A program made the position numbers and the translations under genes. DNA of 64,000 bases from Bacteroidota bacterium (GTDB taxonomy: Bacteria > Bacteroidota > Bacteroidia > Chitinophagales > Chitinophagaceae), in the NCBI GenBank assembly GCA_016866355.1, contig VGMN01000007.1, positions 20,179-84,178 of the forward strand, read 5' to 3'. The notes under the pieces were generated by a model that saw only the letters and a list, made by a program, of their open reading frames with translations, did no database searches and was not told where the DNA came from. Shown in pieces: positions 1 to 9,562 of this stretch; position 1 is the stretch's first letter, and the number at the start of each line of letters is the position of its first letter.

Positions 1-951
1 GATAAATTCCTAACCAGTCGTATAGAGGGTGCCAGCCGCAATAAAATACAACAAGCCATGAATCTGGGCATGGTCCAAGTCAATGGTCAACCTGTAAAAG
101 CCAATTATAAAATAAAACCACTCGATCAAATAGTTATTTATTCAGATATCAGTCCGGAACAAACTGCCATTTCCCCTGAACCCATGGAATTGTCCATATT
201 CTATGAGGATAAAGAAATAATGATAATAAATAAACCAGCGGGAATGGTGGTACACCCTGGAAGTGGTAATTATACGGGAACCTTATTAAATGGTGTAGCC
301 TGGTACCTGCAACAACATAATCCCGGACTATCAGAGGAGATATTACCCCGTTTTGGAATGGTGCACCGCATTGACAAAAATACCAGTGGGCTTTTGGTAT
401 TAGCAAAATCAGATCTGGCAATGCGTCAATTAGCTAAACAGTTTTTTGATCACACAGTCAAGCGCGAATACATAGCGCTCGTGTGGGGTGATATACAGGA
501 AAACAAAGGAACTATTCACGCCCACGTGGGAAGGCATTTACGATTTCGAAAACTTTTTGAGGCCTACCCTGAAGGTGAACACGGAAAGGAAGCCATTACG
601 CACTATGAAGTTTTAGAACGATTTGGCTATGTAACCTTGATTCGATGCAAATTGGAAACAGGACGAACCCATCAAATACGCGTACACATGAAATACCTGG
701 GGCATCCCTTATTTAATGATGATTTTTATGGAGGGGATAAAATAGTCAAGGGAACTGTGTATGCACGATATAAACAATTTGTAGATAACTGTTTTAGCAT
801 TTGTCAAAGACAGGCTTTACACGCACGTACACTTGGGTTTGTACATCCCTCCACAGGGCTACCAATCGATTTTGAATGCCCTATTCCAGCAGATATTGAA
901 GAAGTAATTCAGAAATGGCGTAGCTACTCCGCTACCTATAAAAATAATTAA
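1..951 (+). CDS. rluD: RluD/RluA-family 23S rRNA pseudouridine synthase (5' end outside window)
   Basis: Frame is open from base 1 (DKFLTSRIEGASRNKIQQAM, S4-like). Motifs INKPAGMVVHP, catalytic HRIDKNTSG and LETGRTHQIRVH. Confidence 0.92.
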   Translation, partial: DKFLTSRIEGASRNKIQQAMNLGMVQVNGQPVKANYKIKPLDQIVIYSDISPEQTAISPEPMELSIFYEDKEIMIINKPAGMVVHPGSGNYTGTLLNGVAWYLQQHNPGLSEEILPRFGMVHRIDKNTSGLLVLAKSDLAMRQLAKQFFDHTVKREYIALVWGDIQENKGTIHAHVGRHLRFRKLFEAYPEGEHGKEAITHYEVLERFGYVTLIRCKLETGRTHQIRVHMKYLGHPLFNDDFYGGDKIVKGTVYARYKQFVDNCFSICQRQALHARTLGFVHPSTGLPIDFECPIPADIEEVIQKWRSYSATYKNN

Positions 952-1893
952 CTACCGAAAATCATAGAGGGTGGCTGTAAATACACCCCGCTCCCTTTCT
1001 TTAAATGGAACATCCCAATTTCCAACATAGCGAAGTACGGCGGGTACCACCCAATTCTTGTAACGCATCAATTCCGCTTCAATCTGTACATTAAAATCAT
1101 AAAAGCCTGCATGGTAACTCATGGCATAATTTCGGGCTAACACCTCCCCCGTGCGCACACTAAACCAAGTAGTCATATTGTCTATTACTATTTTATCTCG
1201 TTGCCCAGCAGTTAGGTTTGACTTAGCTTCTATAGTAAATAAATAACAATCCTCCCCCCGATACATAGCTCGATCGATGGCGTAATTGTACAGTCCTCTT
1301 CGATCGGGACTAAATACATCAACCTTGTCACCAATAAAGGGTATCCCTGGAATTTTTTTTCCAGGATTAAAAAGCAACATTTTTAATTGCTCTCGGTGAC
1401 GTGCCATTCCCTTTGTAGAGCGAGCCTGGAAATTTCGCTCGCGCACAATATTTGATTCCCCGCAAATTTTACCGGAAGCAAAAAAAAGTGACGCATACAA
1501 GGCAGCCGTGTAATAGCGAAAGGATCGATCTTTTTTGTAAAAATTACCCTGTGCGCTCTCCTCCAATACCGTTGTACTTCTACATCCCGCTTCGCGGACT
1601 TGTTTTGTTTTACTGATCATCCGAGCCAGCTGTGCAGCTTTTTTATCTCGTAAAAGAATGTCGTTACTAGACGTAAATTCCAACACACGGAGATTACGAA
1701 ACGCCTTATAAAAAGTAGTATCCTCTTTTACTTGTTGAATAAATCTGTCCACATCAAGGTTGCTACGCAACACCACCTCGGATAGATTAATGAGTTGTCG
1801 CATTCGTACTGCATCCAAACTATCTGAACTTATTGATTGGCCATGAGCCGATGCAAAAAACAAAAGCAGGATACCTGCAAAAAAACGGCTCAT
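952..1893 (-). CDS. Secreted hypothetical protein
   Basis: 313 aa ORF with Sec signal peptide (MSRFFAGILLLFFASAHG|Q). Overlaps the def stop by 4 nt. No family recognised. Confidence 0.75.
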   Translation of the reverse strand: MSRFFAGILLLFFASAHGQSISSDSLDAVRMRQLINLSEVVLRSNLDVDRFIQQVKEDTTFYKAFRNLRVLEFTSSNDILLRDKKAAQLARMISKTKQVREAGCRSTTVLEESAQGNFYKKDRSFRYYTAALYASLFFASGKICGESNIVRERNFQARSTKGMARHREQLKMLLFNPGKKIPGIPFIGDKVDVFSPDRRGLYNYAIDRAMYRGEDCYLFTIEAKSNLTAGQRDKIVIDNMTTWFSVRTGEVLARNYAMSYHAGFYDFNVQIEAELMRYKNWVVPAVLRYVGNWDVPFKERERGVFTATLYDFR

Positions 1894-2468
1894 ACTGAAA
1901 ATTTCATCTTGTAGTCAACCGCCACCTTCCCCTTGGTAATATCTGTAAGCTTTCCTTTTAACAGTTTGCGCTTAAGTGGCGCAAGGTGATCAATAAATAA
2001 CTTGCCCTCGAGGTGATCATATTCATGCTGAATTACTCGCGCTGTAATCCCGTTAAAAACTTCTTCTTTTATCTCCCATTGTTCTGTGGTATAGCGCATA
2101 CGAATGGTATCGGGACGAAAAACCTCTTCGTGAATTTTTGGTATACTTAAGCAACCCTCGCTATAACCCCAAGGTTGGCCACCTTGGTCTAGAATTGTTG
2201 CATTAATAAAAACCGCTTTGATGCCAGGCGCGTCTGGGTATTTAGCCCTTTCATCCTGGTCCATTGAATTAATAAGCTGTAATGTATCCACCGTGAACAG
2301 CCGAATGGAATGGTTGACTTGGGGAGCCGCTAGTCCAACGCCGCTGCTAGCATACATAGTCTCCCACATAGAGGAGATAAAAGTGGTCAGGTCTAATTGG
2401 CCTTGCTGGATAGGTTTTGCTACCTCTCTAAGAACTGGATTTCCGTATGCAATAATGGGCAGAATCAT
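1890..2468 (-). CDS. def: Peptide deformylase
   Basis: All three PDF motifs present: GVGLAAPQ, EGCLSIP, HEYDH. Confidence 0.97.
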   Translation of the reverse strand: MILPIIAYGNPVLREVAKPIQQGQLDLTTFISSMWETMYASSGVGLAAPQVNHSIRLFTVDTLQLINSMDQDERAKYPDAPGIKAVFINATILDQGGQPWGYSEGCLSIPKIHEEVFRPDTIRMRYTTEQWEIKEEVFNGITARVIQHEYDHLEGKLFIDHLAPLKRKLLKGKLTDITKGKVAVDYKMKFSV

Positions 2469-2477
2469 ACTGCAAAG

Positions 2478-2897
2478 TTACGATCCTTGAACAGAACGCA
2501 AGTATTCCTGCAATAGGATGGTGGCAGCCACTTCGTCAACTATTTTTTTATCACGACGATCTTTTTTCTTTAGCCCCATTTCAAGAATGGCATCCTTAGC
2601 CATTTTAGAAGTATAGCGCTCATCAACTTTTTCAACTGGTATTCTAGGAAAATTCTTTTCAAGCAATTGAATAGCCTTAGCTGCATGAGGTGTTCCATGA
2701 GTGGGCGTGTTGTCCCAATTGGTTGGCCATCCCACTACAAACCGTTCAATTTGTTCCGCTTTTAGATAGTTCTTAATATACTCAATCAATCTGTGCGCCT
2801 CGATGGTTCCCAATCCAGTGGCAATGATCTGTAAAGGATCTGTAACTGCAATCCCGGTTCGCTTTCCACCCACATCTATTGCCATTATTCTACCCAT
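2478..2897 (-). CDS. ruvX: RuvX/YqgF family nuclease (pre-16S rRNA maturation)
   Basis: IMAIDVGGKRTGIAVTDP, VVGWP and VDERYTS motifs. Confidence 0.95.
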   Translation of the reverse strand: MGRIMAIDVGGKRTGIAVTDPLQIIATGLGTIEAHRLIEYIKNYLKAEQIERFVVGWPTNWDNTPTHGTPHAAKAIQLLEKNFPRIPVEKVDERYTSKMAKDAILEMGLKKKDRRDKKIVDEVAATILLQEYLRSVQGS

Positions 2898-3772
2898 TAC
2901 ACAACAAAATAAAGATCTGAAATAACAAAAATGGCAAACACTATTGAAGCGATCCCATTTACAGTCATAAATGCAAGATTAACTCGACTGAGGTCATCTG
3001 GTTTAACAAGCCATTGTTGATAGATAAGTAAACTTCCATAAATCACAGTCCCTACCCAGTATAATGCCCCAAATGGACCGTACCATCCTGCTAACCCTAT
3101 CAAAATAAAACTAATTGTATGCAACACCCTTGAAACATTCAACGCTCTTTTGATCCCCAACCAAACGGGAATTGATTTTAGTTGTTGTTTCTTATCAAAG
3201 GCTTCATCTTGTAATGCATAAATAATGTCAAAACCGCTTACCCATGTTAATACCGCAAAGGAGAATAACAAAGGAACTAGTGCAAATTGGCTTGTCACGG
3301 CTAAATAAGCCCCGATAGGCGCTAATGATAGCCCGGCGCCCAATACAATATGACAGAATGGAGTAAATCGCTTTGTATAACTATATCCTAAAATAATTAA
3401 TAAGGCTAAGGGAGATAGAAAAAAACACAGCAAGTTTATCATCCAGGCACAACTTACAAATAACACTGACATGGCAACAATAAACCATAAAGCTTGTTGT
3501 GGAGCAATAACTCCTACAGGGATTTCTCGTTGCGCAGTACGAGGATTCAATGCATCAAAATAACGATCCAGATACCGGTTAAAGGCCATGGCAGCACTTC
3601 TTGCAAAAACCATACATCCAATTACCAATAAAAGTAACCGTGTTGTCTCTAACACTACTTCATTGGGGAATGACTGTATCCCAAGAAAAAAACCAATAAA
3701 AGCAAATGGCATAGCAAATACTGTATGTGAAAACTTAATCAGCTTAAAATAATTTACAACACCTCGCTTCAT
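2897..3772 (-). CDS. UbiA-family polyprenyltransferase (MqnP-like subgroup)
   Basis: Multi-TM protein with FSHTVFAMPFA, ARSAAMAFNRYLDRYFDALNPRT and GFDIIYALQD. Confidence 0.85.
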   Translation of the reverse strand: MKRGVVNYFKLIKFSHTVFAMPFAFIGFFLGIQSFPNEVVLETTRLLLLVIGCMVFARSAAMAFNRYLDRYFDALNPRTAQREIPVGVIAPQQALWFIVAMSVLFVSCAWMINLLCFFLSPLALLIILGYSYTKRFTPFCHIVLGAGLSLAPIGAYLAVTSQFALVPLLFSFAVLTWVSGFDIIYALQDEAFDKKQQLKSIPVWLGIKRALNVSRVLHTISFILIGLAGWYGPFGALYWVGTVIYGSLLIYQQWLVKPDDLSRVNLAFMTVNGIASIVFAIFVISDLYFVV

Positions 3773-4308
3773 CCGTTACTAATAATTTTTCTTCTTACAA
3801 TTTCCCACAACATGACACCAGCAGCTGTAGCAATATTGAGGGAGTGCTTCATTCCTAATTGTGGGATTTCCAAAACCTGTTCACAAGCTTTTAGTGTCTC
3901 TAGCTCAACCCCTGTTACCTCATTTCCCAACACTAATGCCAATCCTGGTCCAACCGGCTCCTCCCATTGATGAAGGGCCACACTCCTATCAGTTTGTTCC
4001 GCTGCCATGAGCGTATACCCCAGCTGATGAATTGCCTCTATGGCTTCTGCCATAGTCTTAAAATGTTTCCAGCTTACCGACTCCTCCGCCCCTAATGCAG
4101 TTTTATGTATTTCCTTATGCGGGGGGAAGGCCGTATAACCTACTAGATAAACCCCCTCCAACAAAAAGGCATCAGCTGTCCTAAATACACTTCCCACATT
4201 ATAAGCACTCCTGATATTCTCCAATACCACAATAACAGGAATCTTACTGGCCCCTTTTACCTCGGCTGCCGTTTTGCGGCCTAATTCGTCCATGCGTAAT
4301 TTTCGCAT
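3769..4308 (-). CDS. SpoU/TrmH-family RNA methyltransferase
   Basis: VLENIRSAYNVGSVFRTADAF, LGNEVTG and SLNIATAAG motifs. Start moved to the ATG at 4308 (MRKLRMDEL) because a promoter-like motif lies at 4313-4320. Confidence 0.92.
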   Translation of the reverse strand: MRKLRMDELGRKTAAEVKGASKIPVIVVLENIRSAYNVGSVFRTADAFLLEGVYLVGYTAFPPHKEIHKTALGAEESVSWKHFKTMAEAIEAIHQLGYTLMAAEQTDRSVALHQWEEPVGPGLALVLGNEVTGVELETLKACEQVLEIPQLGMKHSLNIATAAGVMLWEIVRRKIISNG

Positions 4309-4312
4309 GCGG

Positions 4313-4340
4313 CGAAGGTAAGCAGGGTTCCTTATTTTTG
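4313..4340. promoter_or_regulatory. Back-to-back Bacteroidota housekeeping -7 promoter elements for the methyltransferase (minus) and mutS (plus)
   Basis: Minus TACCTTCG at 4320-4313 (one mismatch to TAnnTTTG) and plus TATTTTTG at 4333-4340. Each lies just upstream of a plausible ATG. Confidence 0.6.
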
Positions 4341-4358
4341 TCCCCCTCACCCACTTGT

Positions 4359-6968
4359 ATGGCAAAAAGTACCTCTAACGACACCCCATTGATGCAACAA
4401 CATCGGGCTATCAAACAAAAATACCCGGATGCTATTTTATTATTTCGAGTGGGAGATTTTTATGAAACCTTTGGTCAAGATGCGGTAATTGCCTCACAAA
4501 TTCTTGGCATCACGCTTACCAAAAGAAATAACGGAGCAGCTGCCGATGCTGCCCTGGCTGGCTTCCCACACCATTCCTTGGACACTTACCTGCACAAACT
4601 TGTCAAAGCTGGTTATCGCGTTGCCGTTTGTGATCAGCTAGAGGATCCCAAGCAAGCTAAAGGAATTGTAAAACGAGGTGTAACCGAAATGTTAACACCA
4701 GGCACTACTACTAATGATAAAATACTTGATCAACGAAGCAATAATTTTTTATTGGGATTGCACATTGGTGCCGCAGAAAAATTGGGGCTTGCTTTTTTAG
4801 ATATTTCCACTGGAGAACTTTATGTCACGGAAGGAGACCGTGATTTTGCAGATAAACTTATTCAAGGATTGCCTACTGCTGAGCTAGTAGTGCAGCGACA
4901 ACATCAACATCGTCTCAAAGAGCAGCTAGGACTGAAAACATATACGTATGCGCTAGATGAATGGATTTTTGACGAGACATATACACGAGATTTATTACTG
5001 AAGCATTTTCAGGTACAATCACTGAAAGGATTTGGCGTGGAGGAACTTCCATTGGGTTGTATTGCTGCTGGTGCCATTTTCCATTACCTCAAAGAAACTG
5101 ACCACCCACACCTTCAGCATATAGTTCGTATGCAACGCATCGATAGACAATCATTCTTATGGATGGATCGTTTTACCATCAGAAATTTAGAACTGTTGAC
5201 ACCATCGCGGGAAGGCAACCCTACTTTACTAAGCGTCTTAGATCATACACAAACACCCATGGGAGGAAGAAGATTGAAGAGATGGATGCTTTTTCCGCCT
5301 ATTGAAATCGTGCAGATTCAAGCAAGACTTGATGCAGTAGAATGGTTAGTAAAAGAATCCGTCACTCGAAATGAATTGGAGGCAGCACTGGAGGGATGTG
5401 GTGATTTGGAACGTCTTGCTGCAAGACTATCCCTTCGAAAAACCGGACCAAGAGAAGTGAGAGCATTGGCAGCCTATTTGCATAAGCTTAAGAAAATTAA
5501 AGTTCAGCTTGATAAAACTTCATCGTCCTTGCTTTTGCAAATTGCCAAGCAAATTACACCGCTTGAAGACAACATACTCGATATAGAAAAAACGTTGGTT
5601 AATGATCCTCCCTCTCTCATTCAAAAGGGGGAAGCCATAGCATCGGGTGTACATGCGGAGTTAGATCAACTTCGTTCGCTTGCCACCAGCGGAAAACAGT
5701 TTTTACAATCCATTCAAGAACGGGAAGCATTACAAACTGGAATTACTTCCTTAAAAATTGGCTTCAATTCAGTATTTGGTTATTATCTGGAGGTTACCCA
5801 TGCACACAAGGAAAAAGTTCCACAAGATTGGATACGCAAACAAACGCTTACTAATGCGGAGCGCTATATAACACCTGAACTGAAAGAGTACGAAGAAAAA
5901 ATCATGGGTGCAGAAGATAGAATACGTACCCTTGAAATTTCCATATTTGAAGAATTAATAACAAGACTTCAGCCGATTGTATCGACTTTACAAGTCAATG
6001 CAGATGCCATAGCAAACGTAGATTGTCTTTGTTGTTTTGCCAGCAACGCATTGCAATACAATTATTGCAAACCCGTCATACATACAGGACTATCATTAGA
6101 AATTGAAGAGGGGCGTCACCCAGTAATTGAAAGATTTCTTCCAGCCGGAGAAACATACATCGGGAATGATTTATTGTTGGATCCAAACACAGAACAACTT
6201 TTAATTTTGACGGGTCCTAACATGAGTGGTAAATCTGCCTTGCTGCGGCAAACAGCATTAATTTGCCTGCTGGCACATATGGGGCACTATGTTCCAGCCA
6301 AACAGGCAAGCATACCAATCACCGATAAAATTTTTACCCGTGTAGGTGCCGCAGACAATTTAGCGGGTGGAGAATCCACTTTTATGGTTGAGATGACTGA
6401 AACGGCCTCTATCATCAACAACTTAAGTGAAAAAAGCCTAGTTATTTTGGACGAAATAGGCAGGGGTACCTCCACTTACGATGGCGTTTCGATTGCCTGG
6501 AGTATTGCAGCCTATTTACACGAGTCTCCAGCAAAGCCAAAAACACTTTTTGCTACCCACTATCACGAGTTAAATGAGCTGGAGCAACAGTTTACCAGGG
6601 TCAAAAACTTTCATATTACCTACCAGGAGTCAGGGAATAGGGTGATATTTTTACGTAAACTTTCACCTGGAGGCTCCTTACACAGCTTTGGCCTACATGT
6701 AGCGCGAATGGCGGGGATGCCGGCCTCCCTATTAGAAAAAGCTGCAAAAAAACTGATAGCGCTAGAAGCGGGGACCTCTTCAACTGGCCCAAAGCCCCAA
6801 AAACCACCCAATAAAAGCACTCCCTCGCAACTACAATTATCCATTTTTGGAGGTGAAAACGCTGCCCTTTTGGAAATAAAAAAAGAGCTTGAAGAAATTG
6901 ATATTGAGCACCTAACCCCCTTTGATGCCCTTTTAAAACTACAGGCTCTTAAAAAGAAAATAGGCTAG
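4359..6968 (+). CDS. mutS: DNA mismatch repair protein MutS
   Basis: TPLMQQH...LFRVGDFYE mismatch-binding motif, Walker A TGPNMSGKS, STFMVEM, DEIGRGT and FATHYHEL. Likely start is the ATG at 4359. Confidence 0.98.
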   Translation: MAKSTSNDTPLMQQHRAIKQKYPDAILLFRVGDFYETFGQDAVIASQILGITLTKRNNGAAADAALAGFPHHSLDTYLHKLVKAGYRVAVCDQLEDPKQAKGIVKRGVTEMLTPGTTTNDKILDQRSNNFLLGLHIGAAEKLGLAFLDISTGELYVTEGDRDFADKLIQGLPTAELVVQRQHQHRLKEQLGLKTYTYALDEWIFDETYTRDLLLKHFQVQSLKGFGVEELPLGCIAAGAIFHYLKETDHPHLQHIVRMQRIDRQSFLWMDRFTIRNLELLTPSREGNPTLLSVLDHTQTPMGGRRLKRWMLFPPIEIVQIQARLDAVEWLVKESVTRNELEAALEGCGDLERLAARLSLRKTGPREVRALAAYLHKLKKIKVQLDKTSSSLLLQIAKQITPLEDNILDIEKTLVNDPPSLIQKGEAIASGVHAELDQLRSLATSGKQFLQSIQEREALQTGITSLKIGFNSVFGYYLEVTHAHKEKVPQDWIRKQTLTNAERYITPELKEYEEKIMGAEDRIRTLEISIFEELITRLQPIVSTLQVNADAIANVDCLCCFASNALQYNYCKPVIHTGLSLEIEEGRHPVIERFLPAGETYIGNDLLLDPNTEQLLILTGPNMSGKSALLRQTALICLLAHMGHYVPAKQASIPITDKIFTRVGAADNLAGGESTFMVEMTETASIINNLSEKSLVILDEIGRGTSTYDGVSIAWSIAAYLHESPAKPKTLFATHYHELNELEQQFTRVKNFHITYQESGNRVIFLRKLSPGGSLHSFGLHVARMAGMPASLLEKAAKKLIALEAGTSSTGPKPQKPPNKSTPSQLQLSIFGGENAALLEIKKELEEIDIEHLTPFDALLKLQALKKKIG

Positions 6969-7047
6969 TTTTCCCCAACCCACGAACCAAACTCCCAAAA
7001 ATGGGGTCAATCAAAAAATTGTATTACTTTTACTAAAATCTGTTTCA

Positions 7048-7557
7048 ATGAAACTGTTCCAAACTACTGCTCGTTTTTTAGTTGCGGCTACCCTTTTACT
7101 TTCCTTAGAAGCCTGCGATCGTGATGACGATCTTTTTGTTAGAAAAGAGTATAGTCGCGTAGATGTTCCTCTTACAGGAGCTCAAAATTTCCCTCCAAGT
7201 CCTTCGCCTGCCTTGGGTGCTATGGACATTCATTACAATACAGCCACTAAATTATTATCCTACACCATTCGTTGGTCCGGATTAAGCGGCCCTGTTGCTA
7301 CTTCTCCAATCCCTGGCATGTCTATTCATGGAATGGCACCGGCTGGGTTTCCTGCCAACCCCATTCAGCTTTTTACCTTATCAGGAATCACTAGATGCGC
7401 AACCGTATCTAATACTAGTTGCGGAACATACAGTGGCCGTTTGTTTGTTGATGGCGTACTTATCACAGAGGAGAATTTGCTAAACGGCTTTTACTATGTT
7501 AGTATTCGCACCGCTGCATTTCCAAATGGTGAGTTAAGAGCACAAATTAAATTCTAA
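7048..7557 (+). CDS. CHRD-domain lipoprotein
   Basis: Lipobox LEAC then acidic DRDDD. LTGAQNFP, YVSIRTAAFPNGELRAQI resembles the CHRD consensus. Confidence 0.8.
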   Translation: MKLFQTTARFLVAATLLLSLEACDRDDDLFVRKEYSRVDVPLTGAQNFPPSPSPALGAMDIHYNTATKLLSYTIRWSGLSGPVATSPIPGMSIHGMAPAGFPANPIQLFTLSGITRCATVSNTSCGTYSGRLFVDGVLITEENLLNGFYYVSIRTAAFPNGELRAQIKF

Positions 7558-7574
7558 TCTAGAAGACCGAATAC

Positions 7575-7602
7575 AAACCCCGCCTACCAGCGGGGTTTTT
7601 TT
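7575..7602. terminator. Intrinsic terminator between convergent CHRD and SET genes
   Basis: AAACCCCGC-ctacca-GCGGGGTTT stem followed by a T tract on plus. Confidence 0.85.
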
Positions 7603-7625
7603 ATGCAAATCAATTACTAAAAGAA

Positions 7626-8015
7626 TCATTGCTGCTCTATCGGAAACCACAAAGGAGAGGGATTGTCAAAATCTCCATGGTAATTAATAAAGAGCTCCTC
7701 CCCTTTTTGAATTGAAGTGACGGTGACTATGCGCATCAATTCCGCTGAAAAATCCATCTCATAAATGCAATTACTCGGGCAAGCATGATTATAAATAGAT
7801 AAGTAACCAAGTCCTACGGATACTTGGGAACGATCTTCTCCCCATTCAAAAATGTAATCATGCAAACGCGTTTTATCAACCAATAAGCGATCTGTATTCG
7901 CTAGAACAATTACTGGAGATATTTCAATGGTGGTTCCGGCCTCGAGCATTTCGTTTGTATAGACACCTCTTCCATGTTTAGCTGAGGGAGCAATAAAAAG
8001 ACAGGGCAGTTGCAT
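7626..8015 (-). CDS. Bacterial SET-domain protein (putative lysine methyltransferase)
   Basis: HGRGVY, SIYNHACPSNC (NH motif) and GEELFINY SET motifs. Confidence 0.88.
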   Translation of the reverse strand: MQLPCLFIAPSAKHGRGVYTNEMLEAGTTIEISPVIVLANTDRLLVDKTRLHDYIFEWGEDRSQVSVGLGYLSIYNHACPSNCIYEMDFSAELMRIVTVTSIQKGEELFINYHGDFDNPSPLWFPIEQQ

Positions 8016-8053
8016 AGCCTATTTGTTAACCACGAAGTACGCATTTTCCTTTG

Positions 8054-8061
8054 TACTTTTG
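8054..8061 (+). promoter_or_regulatory. -7 promoter element for mgtE
   Basis: TACTTTTG matches TAnnTTTG and ends 5 nt before the ATG at 8067. Confidence 0.65.
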
Positions 8062-8066
8062 CACTA

Positions 8067-9455
8067 ATGTCTATGGAGGAAACACAAGCCGTATTAGCAG
8101 CAGCATTTGAAACAATGCTGGCTGAAAAAGATATAGCAAAGCTGCATGCTTTCCTGGATGATCAAAACATCAGTGAAGTTGCGGAAATAGTAGAGCGATA
8201 CCCTGAGGAAGACACAACGATTATTGCCAGCATGTCTACCCACCGAGCTGCCAGTGTGTTTAAAATTCTAGATCTCTCTAGCCAAAAGAGTATTATCAAA
8301 AAATTACCAGCCAATACTACTGCGCTCTTACTAAATGAACTCCCAGCGGATGACCGAACTGACTTTTTAGAAGAATTGCCAAGCAATGTGGTAAGAGAAT
8401 TAATCAAATTGTTAGAACCAGAAGAAAGAAAAGTAACCCTCTCTCTTTTGGGATATCCCGAAAATAGTATCGGACGTTTGATGACACCGGACTATGTATA
8501 TGTATATGCCAGTAATACGGTAGAAGAAGTATTCACTACTATACGCAAGTATGGAAAAGATAGTGAGACCATTAACGTAATCTATGTTATTAACGAAATG
8601 GGCGAACTCATAGATGACATTCGCATCAGTGACATTATTTTAAGCGCTCCCCACAAAAAAGTTGAGGAGATTATTGATGGCAGGTTTATTGCCCTTCACC
8701 CAGAAGATGACCAGGAGACTGCCAGTGAAACATTTAAGATGAATAATAGAGTGGCATTGCCCGTAGTAAGCCAAAGCAATAAACTATTAGGCATCGTTAC
8801 TATCGATGATATACTTTGGGTGGCAGGAGAAGAGTTTAGTGAAGACATGCAAAAAATGGGAGGTACAGAAGCACTGGAAGAACCTTATTTAGATATCCCC
8901 CTCTTTAAATTATACAAGAAAAGAATTATTTGGTTATTGATACTTTTTATTGGTGAAACGCTAACTATAGCAGCTATGTCTGGGTTTCAAAAAACATTGG
9001 AACATGTGTTAGTGTTGTCCACATTTATACCGCTCATCATTTCTAGCGGCGGGAATAGCGGTTCACAAGCTGCAACACTAATTATTCAAGCAATGGCGCT
9101 GGGAGAAATAACCGTAAAGGATTGGTGGAGAATTGCTCGAAGAGAAATACAGTCAGGTCTCTTCATGGGTCTTACGCTAGGATTAATTGGATTTGGGATT
9201 GTAGTTGGTGGCCATCAGTTTCTTTCGCTCTTTGGTGAGCACTACTACCAAGTTGGCTTAGCCATTGGAATGGCCTTAATTGGTGTAGTGCTATGGGGAA
9301 CATTAATGGGATCCATGCTCCCCCTGCTTCTAAAAAGATTAGGAGCAGATCCTGCGGCTTCTTCCACTCCATTCATTGCAACACTTGTTGATGTAACAGG
9401 CTTGCTTATTTATTTTGGAACCGCTTATCTTTTACTCAGAGATATTCTACTCTGA
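8067..9455 (+). CDS. mgtE: Magnesium transporter MgtE
   Basis: N-domain, CBS pair (IGRLMTPDY; GIVTIDD) and TM motifs SSGGNSGSQ, DPAASSTPFIATLVDVTG. Confidence 0.96.
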   Translation: MSMEETQAVLAAAFETMLAEKDIAKLHAFLDDQNISEVAEIVERYPEEDTTIIASMSTHRAASVFKILDLSSQKSIIKKLPANTTALLLNELPADDRTDFLEELPSNVVRELIKLLEPEERKVTLSLLGYPENSIGRLMTPDYVYVYASNTVEEVFTTIRKYGKDSETINVIYVINEMGELIDDIRISDIILSAPHKKVEEIIDGRFIALHPEDDQETASETFKMNNRVALPVVSQSNKLLGIVTIDDILWVAGEEFSEDMQKMGGTEALEEPYLDIPLFKLYKKRIIWLLILFIGETLTIAAMSGFQKTLEHVLVLSTFIPLIISSGGNSGSQAATLIIQAMALGEITVKDWWRIARREIQSGLFMGLTLGLIGFGIVVGGHQFLSLFGEHYYQVGLAIGMALIGVVLWGTLMGSMLPLLLKRLGADPAASSTPFIATLVDVTGLLIYFGTAYLLLRDILL

Positions 9456-9535
9456 TCTTACTTTTTAATTTTTTTTATAAATAGGGGTTATCTTATAAAA
9501 GACCACCAATTCGTACAACGTATTGAGTCTCCCTA

Positions 9536-9543
9536 TATATTTG
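9536..9543 (+). promoter_or_regulatory. -7 promoter element for glmS
   Basis: TATATTTG matches TAnnTTTG, about 20 nt upstream of the ATG at 9563. Confidence 0.6.
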
Positions 9544-9562
9544 AGCCAATAAACAATTGTAT

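Noticed and set aside
9456-9562. Possible glmS ribozyme upstream of glmS
   Set aside because: The gap is only about 100 nt, AT-rich and contains a promoter motif. I found no recognisable ribozyme core or paired regions.
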